Shown here piece by piece: positions 1 through 8,347 of a stretch of 64,000 nt of DNA (the first letter of the stretch is position 1; the number at the start of each line of letters is the position of its first letter). The translations under genes were made by a program, and so were the position numbers. Under the pieces are notes generated by a model. That model was not told the DNA's origin, searched no databases, and saw only the letters and a list, made by a program, of their open reading frames with translations. Source of the DNA: an uncultured delta proteobacterium (GTDB lineage: Bacteria; Myxococcota; Myxococcia; Myxococcales; Myxococcaceae); the NCBI GenBank assembly GCA_963796055.1, contig CAWCKH010000003.1, forward strand, positions 96,001 to 160,000, in the 5' to 3' direction.

Positions 1-1190
1 TCGGGAACCGGGTGCCCGTCCATCACCCGCTGGACCTCCTCGTACGTGCAGCGGGCCGCGCTCCGCATCACCGCGGGGGAGATGTCGCTCTCCGTCCGCC
101 GGCCCTCGCGATCGAACACCATCTCCGCCACCAGGCAGAGGCGGTCCTCGTGCGGCCGCAGCGAGCAGATGCCGTTGGACAGCCGTTCGGGCAGCATCGG
201 CAGGACCCGGTCCGGCAGGTAGACCGAGGTCCCCCGCCGGAACGCCTCGGCGTCCAGCGCCGAGCCCGGCCGCACGTAGTGGCTCACGTCGGCGATGGCC
301 ACCCAGAGCCGGGTGGCGCCGCCGGGCTCGTCCTCGGCGTAGACCGCGTCGTCGAAGTCGCGCGCGTCCGCGCCATCGATCGTCACCAGCGAGAGCCCGC
401 GCAGGTCCTTCCGACCTCCCTCGTGGACCTCGGTGGCCGGCACGTGCAGCGGCACCCGGTCTGCCTCGTCCATCACCTCGGGCGGGAAGGCCTCGGAGAA
501 CCCCTGGCCAAAGACGATGGCCAGAACGTCCTGCGACGGGTCACCCGGCCGGCCGAGCGAGCCGGTGACCTCGCCCACCAGCCCCCCCGGGGGCAGGAGG
601 TCCGCCCCCACCCCGAGCCGCACGGTCACCACGTCGCCGTCGCGGGCAAGCTGCGTGCGCGGGACCCGGACCGGCCCCGGCAGGGACGCATCGTTCGGCC
701 GGACCAGGGCCTCGTTCCCGCCACGCTCGACGTAGATCCCGACCAGCGCCTCCCGCTGCCGGAGGACCACGCCCACGATGCGTCCTTCCGAGCGCCCGCG
801 GGCGGTCACGAACTCCACCTTGACCCGGTCCCCGTCGAGCGCGCGCCGCGCCTCGTGCGGCGGCACGAAGATGTCATCCTCGGTGCCCACGTCGACGAAG
901 CCGAAGCCGTCGCGGTGCACGCTGAGCGTGCCCTCGAGCACCTTGCGCCCCCGTGCCGACGGCGCCTGCCGCGGACCGTCCCTGGTCTCCGTGTGCCGCC
1001 CTTGAATCGAGAAGCGCTCGCCCGAGCGCTCGACGCGGCCCTGCTTCACCAGGGCCTGCATCGCCCGCTTCACCTCGGTGCGCTGGGCGCCGTGCAGCCC
1101 GGAGGCGCGGAGCAGCTCCGCCACCCCGAGCGGGTGGTCGGCCTTCTCCAGGGTCCGGAGGAGGACCGAGCTGTCGACCCGTGCTGCCAT
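1..1190 (-). CDS. rnr: Ribonuclease R (runs off the left edge of the window; missing from the ORF track)
   Basis: Minus-strand translation from ATG 1190 (GAGGAG RBS upstream) gives RNB-family motifs VTIDGADARDFDDAV, LWVAIADVSHYV and RGTSVYLPDRVLPMLPERLSNGICSL. Confidence 0.93.
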   Translation of the reverse strand, partial: MAARVDSSVLLRTLEKADHPLGVAELLRASGLHGAQRTEVKRAMQALVKQGRVERSGERFSIQGRHTETRDGPRQAPSARGRKVLEGTLSVHRDGFGFVDVGTEDDIFVPPHEARRALDGDRVKVEFVTARGRSEGRIVGVVLRQREALVGIYVERGGNEALVRPNDASLPGPVRVPRTQLARDGDVVTVRLGVGADLLPPGGLVGEVTGSLGRPGDPSQDVLAIVFGQGFSEAFPPEVMDEADRVPLHVPATEVHEGGRKDLRGLSLVTIDGADARDFDDAVYAEDEPGGATRLWVAIADVSHYVRPGSALDAEAFRRGTSVYLPDRVLPMLPERLSNGICSLRPHEDRLCLVAEMVFDREGRRTESDISPAVMRSAARCTYEEVQRVMDGHPVP

Positions 1191-1214
1191 GAGAGTTGCT
1201 CCTCGCCCCCGGGC

Positions 1215-2456
1215 TCAGGCCCGGACGGCGACGGTCAGCCGCTGCGTCTTCGCCACCTGCGAGGGGGCGAACACCTTGGCAAGGAAGAAGTCCACCTCGT
1301 ACTGGCCGGGGTTGCGTGGAGTGAAGAAGAACTCGCGGGTCCCCGCCCCGCTCGGCGCGGCGATGAAGTTCGCCTCGCGCAGGCCGACCCGCTTGGCCAC
1401 CGTGGGCTCGACCGCCCAGGTATAGCCAGCCCGCTCGGGGATGCGCACCGCCAGCGCCTGGCCGATGCGGATCTCCAGAGGCACGCCCTCGTCGGCAACG
1501 CCCTCCAGCTCCAGCACCTCCAGCGCATCGCGGGACATGCTGCGGGTGTCCGCCGGACGGATCTCGGCGTTCTCCACCTCGATGGTCCCGCCCCAGCCGG
1601 ACTCCTTGTGCACCACCCCGGTCACCTGGACCGGCTGGCCCATGTTCTTGCGGAAGCTCTTGGGCATCTTGCCGCCGAGGCGGAAGGTGACTTGTTGCCG
1701 GGTACCGGCGTTGGAGACCACCAGGATGAAGTCCTCGCCCGACAGCTCCAGCGCTCCTCGCACGCTGCCGAAGCCGCGCATGCCCGCCCCCATTCCGGCG
1801 CTGCCGATCTGCTCCACCTCCCCGGGCGACAGGTAACGGAGCTTCTCGACCTGCGGAACCTCGGCCGGCTCGGCGTCCGCGCGCTTGGCGGCGTACTTCC
1901 GGACGTCGACGGTGCCGCCGTAGTTGTGCGTCTTCTTGATGAGCCCGGTGACGCTGACCTTGTGGTCCACATAGGCCGGCAGCACCTCCTGGTCCGGTCC
2001 CTGGAGCAGGAAGACCAGCTCGCGCTTGTCGCGGCCGATGACGTGCAGGTACGGCAGGGCGTCCTTCACCACCAGCCGGCCCTTGAGGCTGCCTTCCCCG
2101 GCCACGCCGCGACCGGCGGCCGGGGTGAGGATCTGCTCGAGCTCGCGCTTGGTGAGCGGCTCACCGACGGGGGGAAGCTTGGTGGCGCGCGGGCGCGGCT
2201 TCTCGGGGGCGCGCAGCGCGACCGGCGCCGGGACCGCCTTGGGCGCCGGACGCGCAGGATGCGCAGGATGCTTCGCTGCGGTCTTGGCGGGCTTCGACGC
2301 CGTCTTGGAGGGACTCTTGGTCGCCGACTTCACCAGCTTGGCAGCAGCCTTGGCGACCTTGGCCGATGCCTTCTTCAGGAGCCCCAGACGGGCCTCGTTC
2401 TTTCGTGAGCCAGGCTTTGCCGCGCCGGACTTCGTCTTGGGCTTGGGCTTCGCCAC
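1215..2456 (-). CDS. Lys/Ala-rich N-terminus, two tandem beta-rich repeats and a C-terminal chagasin/I42 protease-inhibitor-like domain
   Basis: GTG 2456 start (VAKPKPKTKS...); C-terminus GYTWAVE...GAGTREFFFTPRNPGQYEVDF resembles Inhibitor_I42; sigma70-like promoter just upstream. Confidence 0.7.
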   Translation of the reverse strand: MAKPKPKTKSGAAKPGSRKNEARLGLLKKASAKVAKAAAKLVKSATKSPSKTASKPAKTAAKHPAHPARPAPKAVPAPVALRAPEKPRPRATKLPPVGEPLTKRELEQILTPAAGRGVAGEGSLKGRLVVKDALPYLHVIGRDKRELVFLLQGPDQEVLPAYVDHKVSVTGLIKKTHNYGGTVDVRKYAAKRADAEPAEVPQVEKLRYLSPGEVEQIGSAGMGAGMRGFGSVRGALELSGEDFILVVSNAGTRQQVTFRLGGKMPKSFRKNMGQPVQVTGVVHKESGWGGTIEVENAEIRPADTRSMSRDALEVLELEGVADEGVPLEIRIGQALAVRIPERAGYTWAVEPTVAKRVGLREANFIAAPSGAGTREFFFTPRNPGQYEVDFFLAKVFAPSQVAKTQRLTVAVRA

Positions 2457-2472
2457 GGTGGATGTGCAGCGG

Positions 2473-2501
2473 CACATAACGCCCGCCGCACACACTGTCA
2501 A
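2473..2501 (-). promoter_or_regulatory. sigma70-type promoter for the I42-domain gene / rnr
   Basis: TTGACA-N17-TATGTG on the minus strand. Confidence 0.5.
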
Positions 2502-2556
2502 CCGTAAACCCCTCAAAGAATTGAGAATTCGGAGCCTTCGCGCTACGAGAGGGTGG

Positions 2557-3783
2557 ATGCCCGAGCTGCCGCCGCTGCCTGCCCCGGAGGCCCAGGACCG
2601 CATCCTCCAGGATCTCGTGCCGCTGCCCGAGGTCTGGGTGCCGCTCGAGGAGGCGCTCGGGTTCGGGCTCACCAGCGACGTGCAGGCCCGCCGCACGCAG
2701 CCGCCCTGGGACAACTCGGCGATGGACGGGTACGCGGTGCGGAGCGCGGATGCGGCGCGCACGCCGGTGACGCTGGACGTGGTGGGGGTCATCCACGCGG
2801 GCGACCAGCCCACGCGGGCGGTGGGTCCCGGCGAGGCGGTGCGCATCATGACCGGAGCCCCGATGCCGCCCGGGGCGGATGCGGTGGTGATGCAGGAGCG
2901 GACCCGCGCCATTCCCGGTCCGGGGCTGGGGCAGGTGGAAGTCCAGGAGGCGGTCACCGTCCGTCAGAACGTGCGCGACGCCGGGGAGGACGCACGCGCG
3001 GGCGAGGTGCTCCTCCCCGCGGGCACGGTGCTCGGCATCCCGGAGCTGGCCCTGCTCGCCGGCCAGGGGATGACGTCGGTACGCGTTCCGCGGCGCCCGA
3101 GCGTCGCCATCCTCGCCACGGGCGACGAGCTGTGCCGGCCGGACGAGGAGCCCGCTGGACGCATCGTGGACACCAACTCGGTGGCGATCGCGCTCGGCGT
3201 CCGGCGTGCCGGGGGCATCCCCCACGTGCTCGGCATCGCCCGCGACCGCCCGGACGACGTGGAGCGGCTCATCGCCGCGGCGCTCGGCCACGACGTGGTG
3301 CTGACCTCGGCCGGCGCCTCGGTGGGCGAGCACGACCATGTGCGCCCCGCGCTGGAGCGGCTCGGGGTGGCCATGGATTTCTGGCGGGTCGCCATCCGAC
3401 CCGGAAAGCCGCTGGCGTTCGGACGGCGCGGGCGAACCCGCATCTTCGCGCTGCCAGGCAACCCCACGTCGTCGCTGGTCACCTTCGAGCTCTTCGTCCG
3501 GCCGGCGCTGCTCCGCCTGGTCGGGCGGCGGTCTCCCCTCCCTGTCCCGGTCCAGGCCCGGAGCGGCGTCGACCTCAAGAAGAACAAGGGGTTGGCTCAC
3601 TTCATCCGGGTGGTACTTTCCTGGCGTGAGGGTGAGCCCTGGGCCGACCCCCTACCCACGCAGACGTCGGGTGCGGTCCGGTCGGCGGTCTCGGCGACGC
3701 ATCTCCTGCACTTTCCGATGGATGCGATGAGTGTCCGGCGGGGGGACCCCGTCGAACTTTTGCCAGTGGGCTGGGGCCCATAG
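2557..3783 (+). CDS. moeA: Molybdopterin molybdotransferase MoeA (gephyrin-like)
   Basis: PPWDNSAMDGYAV, RIMTGAPMPPGADAVVMQE, ATGDEL, RPGKPLAFG and LPGNPTS motifs; ATG 2557. Confidence 0.95.
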   Translation: MPELPPLPAPEAQDRILQDLVPLPEVWVPLEEALGFGLTSDVQARRTQPPWDNSAMDGYAVRSADAARTPVTLDVVGVIHAGDQPTRAVGPGEAVRIMTGAPMPPGADAVVMQERTRAIPGPGLGQVEVQEAVTVRQNVRDAGEDARAGEVLLPAGTVLGIPELALLAGQGMTSVRVPRRPSVAILATGDELCRPDEEPAGRIVDTNSVAIALGVRRAGGIPHVLGIARDRPDDVERLIAAALGHDVVLTSAGASVGEHDHVRPALERLGVAMDFWRVAIRPGKPLAFGRRGRTRIFALPGNPTSSLVTFELFVRPALLRLVGRRSPLPVPVQARSGVDLKKNKGLAHFIRVVLSWREGEPWADPLPTQTSGAVRSAVSATHLLHFPMDAMSVRRGDPVELLPVGWGP

Positions 3784-3808
3784 CAACGATGGCCCCGACC
3801 GAGCATCA

Positions 3809-4513
3809 ATGACAGTAGAAACGACGTCCAGATCGGGAGCACCGAGTCCTTCTGCCATGTCCAGCCTCTCGCCCCAGCCATTGACCCGACGCAGCCACGT
3901 CGTGGAGCTCTACTCGGAGGCACCGCTCCCGACCGCTCGGGGCAACTTCCGGGTGGTGGTGTTTCGCGACCGCCGGAACCAGAACGAGCACGTGGCGATG
4001 GTGATGGGCGAGGTGTTCGGCCAGGAGGGCGTGCTGGTCCGCGTTCACTCGGAGTGTCTCACCAGCGAGGTGCTGGGCAGCCTCAAGTGTGACTGTCGTC
4101 AACAGCTGGACCGGGCACTCGACCTGGTCGCGACGCGCGGGCGAGGCGTGGTGCTGTACCTCCGGCAGGAGGGCCGGGGCATCGGCCTGGGAGACAAGAT
4201 CAAGGCGTATGCGCTGCAGGCGCGGGGGCTGGACACCTACGAGGCCAACCGCGAGCTCGGCTTCCCGGACGATCTGCGGACGTACGACGTGGCGGCGGAC
4301 ATGCTCCGGCTGCTCGGCGTTCGCAGCGTGGATCTGATCACCAACAACCCGCTGAAGATCGCGGGGCTGGTGGAGGAAGGAATCCCGGTACGGGGTCGAA
4401 TCCCCTCCCCCGCAGCGCACAATCCGCATAACGTGGACTACTTGCGCACCAAGCGTGAGCGCACGGGACATCTGATTGAGCTCTTCGGGGAGGACGCGGC
4501 GAAGGCCGGCTGA
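3809..4513 (+). CDS. ribA: GTP cyclohydrolase II
   Basis: VRVHSECLTSEVLGSLKCDC, YLRQEGRGIGL, LITNNPLK, YLRTKRERTGH; start could instead be ATG 3857. Confidence 0.95.
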   Translation: MTVETTSRSGAPSPSAMSSLSPQPLTRRSHVVELYSEAPLPTARGNFRVVVFRDRRNQNEHVAMVMGEVFGQEGVLVRVHSECLTSEVLGSLKCDCRQQLDRALDLVATRGRGVVLYLRQEGRGIGLGDKIKAYALQARGLDTYEANRELGFPDDLRTYDVAADMLRLLGVRSVDLITNNPLKIAGLVEEGIPVRGRIPSPAAHNPHNVDYLRTKRERTGHLIELFGEDAAKAG

Positions 4514-5357
4514 CGCACGCACCCCCGCGGACCGGTTCGAGGTCACGTTCTGGGGCGTGCGGGGGTCGGTCCCCGCGCCTGGTGCAGCAACCCAGCGGTA
4601 CGGCGGGAACACGCCCTGCGTAGAGGTGCGCGCCGGCGAGCGGCGCATCATCCTCGACGCCGGCTCGGGCATCCGCAGGCTGGGCGAGCGCCTCCGGGAC
4701 GGCGGCGGTCCGGTGGAGGCCGACGTGCTGCTCTCGCACTACCACTACGATCATCTCCAAGGCCTTCCGTTCTTCGCCCCGCTGGCCGAGCCGGGGAATC
4801 GCTTCGTCTTCCACGGCCCGCGGCGCGAGGGCAGGAGCGTGCAGGACGTGCTCGAGGGGCAGATGGCGCCCCCGTACTTCCCGGTGACCCTGGACCAGCT
4901 CGCCCGCGCGCGGATCGAGTTCCGGAGCATCGAGCCCGGCGAGCCGTTCACCATCGGCCCGGTGCGGGTGACCTCCGCGGAGCTGGACCATCCCGGCGGA
5001 AACCTCGGGTACCGGCTGGAGTTCGCCGGGCGCTCGCTGGTCTACGCGACCGACGTGGAGCACACCGACACCCCGGCCGAGGCGCTGGTGGAGCTGGCCC
5101 GGGGCGCGCACTTGCTGCTCCACGACGCGATGTACACCGGGCCAGAATACGAGGCCCGGCGCGGTTGGGGCCACAGCACCTGGAACGGCGCACTGGCGAC
5201 GGCGAAGGCCGCGAAGGTGAAGCGCCTGGTGCTGTTCCATCACGACCCCGAACGCAACGATCGGGCGCTGGACGCGCTGCTCTGGCAGGCGCGGAGCAGG
5301 TTCCCCCGGACGACGGCTGCGCGGGAGCGGCAGACGATCCGGATCCCGCGCGGCTGA
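4476..5357 (+). CDS. MBL-fold metallo-hydrolase (RNase Z/PhnP-like)
   Basis: FWGVRGSVPAPG...YGGNTPCVEV, LSHYHYDHLQG, HDAMY, GWGHS, LFHHDP; start uncertain. Confidence 0.88.
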   Translation: MSSSGRTRRRPADARTPADRFEVTFWGVRGSVPAPGAATQRYGGNTPCVEVRAGERRIILDAGSGIRRLGERLRDGGGPVEADVLLSHYHYDHLQGLPFFAPLAEPGNRFVFHGPRREGRSVQDVLEGQMAPPYFPVTLDQLARARIEFRSIEPGEPFTIGPVRVTSAELDHPGGNLGYRLEFAGRSLVYATDVEHTDTPAEALVELARGAHLLLHDAMYTGPEYEARRGWGHSTWNGALATAKAAKVKRLVLFHHDPERNDRALDALLWQARSRFPRTTAARERQTIRIPRG

Positions 5358-5388
5358 TTCCGGCGGTTCCTCCCCGCTGGAATGAGTC

Positions 5389-5514
5389 TCAGCGCCAGTG
5401 AGCGGCTGTGCGCGAAACCGCCCGGCGAACTGCCCGCTTCAGTCCAGCGAAGAGTAGCAGCCGCAGCGCCTCGTCGACGCTCACCCGCTCCGCGGAATCG
5501 TGCTCGGGGCCGGG
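5389..5514 (-). pseudogene. Degenerate duplicate of the 3' end of the lipB-NUDIX gene
   Basis: Translates PGPEHDSAERVSVDEALRLLLFAGLKRAVRRAVSRTAAHWR*, versus PGPEHDAAEWVGVDEAVRRLPFAGLKRAVRRAVSRTESGAWR* at 6129-6257. Confidence 0.8.
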
Positions 5515-5592
5515 CCGGGCTGCGTCGCCCGTGTGGGACCGGGCGGCACGACACCGCGACGCGTCAGCCGGCACCCCTAGAGTCGCCGGCGA

Positions 5593-5985
5593 ATGACGAC
5601 ACCCGAGAAGCGAGTCCAGGATCTCCAGGCACGGGCCATCAACGAGCGGATCATCGAGTACGGACTCCGGCGCGGGCTGCTCGACGCACTCCGCCTGTCC
5701 TACGAGCCGGCGAGGGATGGAAGCCTGGTCGTCTACGTCCCGCGTCACCGCGGGCACTGGCGGATCCAGCCCCCCGGCGTGGGTGACCCGTCGGCGATCC
5801 GGGTGATCGCCTTCGGCGACGACGGTCGCGCGGAGATGGGCGTCGTCACCCTCCCGCTCAGCTGGGATGCGGCCGCGTCGGACTGGATTCGATCGGACGA
5901 GACCGAGGAGATCGCGGCGGAGGTCTGGAAGGCGATGGCGTTGCTCGCGCGGGACGCCGGCTGGCTGGTGCCCGCGGCCGCTTAG
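5593..5985 (+). CDS. Hypothetical protein (130 aa)
   Basis: ATG start, GC-rich third codon positions, globular-looking sequence, fills the gap between the two repeat copies. Confidence 0.65.
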   Translation: MTTPEKRVQDLQARAINERIIEYGLRRGLLDALRLSYEPARDGSLVVYVPRHRGHWRIQPPGVGDPSAIRVIAFGDDGRAEMGVVTLPLSWDAAASDWIRSDETEEIAAEVWKAMALLARDAGWLVPAAA

Positions 5986-6128
5986 GCCAGGTCACTTGTC
6001 CAGCCTCGTCACTCACCGTGGATCGCAGCCGCTCCGTCTCGGGCGGCCCGTAGCATTTTCGCGAGAGAGCACGAGACCGAGTTGCCGGACGTTGCGCACG
6101 ACTCGGCGGCGTCGCTCCAGTGGCATCG

Positions 6129-7232
6129 CTACCGCCAGGCACCGCTCTCCGTTCGCGAAACAGCCCGTCGGACTGCCCGCTTCAGCCCGGCGAACGGCAA
6201 CCGTCGAACGGCTTCGTCGACTCCGACCCACTCCGCGGCGTCGTGCTCGGGCCCGGGTTGCGGCTCCAGGGCGGCCGGCCAGTCGACCGCAAAGGCCTCC
6301 TCCTCGAACACCGTCGGAGGCAGCTGATCGCCGAACGCGAAGCTATGCCGGTACGAGAGCGAGCGCACCGAAAGTCGGGCTCCGGTCTCCTCCTCCAGCT
6401 CGCGCCGTGCCGCGGCCTCCGCGGACTCTCCCGGCACCCGCCGACCCGTGACCGGCTGCCAGAAGCCCCCGCGCTCGGGGATGCGGCGTAGCAGGAGCAC
6501 CTCGGGACCCGCTGGTCCGCGGCGAATGGCGGTGACCGAGATCGTGTGGAGACGCGCATCGTCCAAGCGGAGCTCCGCTTCGAGCACCGCACCGAACGCC
6601 CGCGCCAGCGACTCCTCGACGGCGCCGAGGTCCACCGGATGCCCGAGCTCGCGCTCCATCGAGGTCACGCCGGCCTCGCGGATGCCGCAGGGGATGATGA
6701 GCTGGAAGTCGTCCAGCGCCGCGTTCACGTTGAGCGCGAAACCATGGGTGGTGATCCACCGGGCGATGTGGACGCCCACCGCGCCGATCTTCCGTGCGTC
6801 CCCGGCCGACTCGGAGCCTACCCACACCCCCGGCCACCTGGCGATCCGTCCCGCCTCGATGCCGTGCTCGGCCAGCGCGCGGATCATCCCCTCCTCCACG
6901 CTCCGCACGTGGCGGCGCACGTCCTTCCGGTCCGGGGCGAGGTCCAGGATGGGGTAGCCGACGATCTGCCCCGGACCGTGGTAGGTGACCTCGCCGCCGC
7001 GGTCGGTCTCGTGCACCTCCACCCCGCTCGCCTCGAGCACCTCGGGGCCCGCCAGCACGTCGGCCCGGCTCGCCCCACGGCCGAGCGTAAGGACCGGAGG
7101 GTGCTCCAGGAGGAGCAGCACGTCCCCGACCTTCCCCTCCTTGCGCGCACGGGCGAACAGCGCCTGCATCCGGAGCCCGTCCTCGTACTCCACGCGGCCC
7201 AGGCGGTGGACGGTCAGCGTGCGTCCGCTCAT
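6129..7232 (-). CDS. lipB: Lipoyl(octanoyl) transferase LipB fused to a C-terminal NUDIX hydrolase domain
   Basis: LLLEHPPVLTLG, TDRGGEVTYHGPGQIVGYPI, KIGAVG, HGFALNV, IIPCG; then the NUDIX box GRRVPGESAEAAARRELEEETG. Confidence 0.92.
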   Translation of the reverse strand: MSGRTLTVHRLGRVEYEDGLRMQALFARARKEGKVGDVLLLLEHPPVLTLGRGASRADVLAGPEVLEASGVEVHETDRGGEVTYHGPGQIVGYPILDLAPDRKDVRRHVRSVEEGMIRALAEHGIEAGRIARWPGVWVGSESAGDARKIGAVGVHIARWITTHGFALNVNAALDDFQLIIPCGIREAGVTSMERELGHPVDLGAVEESLARAFGAVLEAELRLDDARLHTISVTAIRRGPAGPEVLLLRRIPERGGFWQPVTGRRVPGESAEAAARRELEEETGARLSVRSLSYRHSFAFGDQLPPTVFEEEAFAVDWPAALEPQPGPEHDAAEWVGVDEAVRRLPFAGLKRAVRRAVSRTESGAWR

Positions 7233-8347
7233 CGCGACGCCCACCAGCGCAGCAGCAGCGCATGCAGCGCATGAGCAGCGCGCGCCGACCGCACTGACAG
7301 ACGGAGCGCCTCCTCCAGCGCATCGGGCTGTGCCGGGGAGCCGTCGGGAGCCCGCCACCACCCGGCCAGCAGACGGAGCTCGTCCTCACCGGGCGCCCGG
7401 AAGCACTCCAGGGCGAGCCCGTCGAGCACCGGTCCGGGGAGCCAGCTCCCCGCGAGCGACTCCACCTGCTCGGGCGCGTGCACCCGGCGACCCCCGATCT
7501 TCTCCCCGGGCTCGGGCAAGGTGGCGTCGAGGGCCAGGACCATCGGCCGGGTCCGCAGCACCCGTGCCAGCTGACGGCGGGCCGCGGGCTCGAGCCGGTC
7601 CACGTCGTCCACCAGGAGCGCACCGTACTCCGGGAGCGGCTCGGTGCCGTCCCACGACGTCCCGAGGCCACGCGACGCCCAGGTGTGGAGCCAGGTCGTC
7701 TTCCCGCTTCCCGCCGCACCCACCAGCAGCACCCGGGCATGGCCCGCGGCCAGGGCGGCCTCGATGCGTTTCACCGCCTCGGCCTGGGTGGGCAGGGGCT
7801 CGGGGAGTGCCCCGGAGGTCCCCGTCCGATTCGGTATCTGGGAGGCGCTTCCACGCACAGAACCGGTCGGTCTCGCCTCGCCCGTTGCCGCCGGCCGCTC
7901 CGGATCCACGGACGGACCCACCCCGGCGAGCAACGACGCCGCGAGCTCGACGCATCCCCTGCACACGTAGGCCTGTGCCGGCCCGGCAACCAGTGCCCCG
8001 ACCTCGCGGGAGGGACGGCAGCAGAAGCTGCACCAGGCCTCGAGCGCCGGGTCGGCGAGCGTGGGCGTCCGCTCCACCAGCGCTCGGTCGAGCCCAGGCA
8101 GTGGCTCGTGCCCGTTCGCGGTCTCGGAGCGGCCGTTCCCGCCTCCCGGTGGCTCTTCCACCCCGCGCGCTGCGGCCCGGGCCGCCGGGCCCAGCCGGTC
8201 CAGGTGGCGCCGCATCTGCGCCGCCCGCGCGGTGTGCCCGGTGGACTCGTAGACCCGGGCCGCCTGCTCCAGCAGCGCACCGGCCCGGGCGAGGTCTCCT
8301 TCTCGCTCCGCCGCCTGCGCCGACTGCAGCAGCTGTCGCGGGTTCAC
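7229..8347 (-). CDS. ClpX C4-type zinc finger protein with a P-loop domain
   Basis: CSFCCRPSREVGALVAGPAQAYVCRGC zinc finger; Walker A GAAGSGKT, Walker B LLVDD; 4-bp overlaps with both neighbours. Confidence 0.8.
   Translation of the reverse strand: MNPRQLLQSAQAAEREGDLARAGALLEQAARVYESTGHTARAAQMRRHLDRLGPAARAAARGVEEPPGGGNGRSETANGHEPLPGLDRALVERTPTLADPALEAWCSFCCRPSREVGALVAGPAQAYVCRGCVELAASLLAGVGPSVDPERPAATGEARPTGSVRGSASQIPNRTGTSGALPEPLPTQAEAVKRIEAALAAGHARVLLVGAAGSGKTTWLHTWASRGLGTSWDGTEPLPEYGALLVDDVDRLEPAARRQLARVLRTRPMVLALDATLPEPGEKIGGRRVHAPEQVESLAGSWLPGPVLDGLALECFRAPGEDELRLLAGWWRAPDGSPAQPDALEEALRLSVRSARAAHALHALLLRWWASR

Noticed and set aside
12..2408. 798-aa + strand ORF and many other long ORF-track entries (e.g. 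8696-10912, 34611-37346, 57219-59273)
   Set aside because: Antisense or alternative-frame shadows of real genes, expected at this GC content; Arg/Pro/Gly-rich with no motifs
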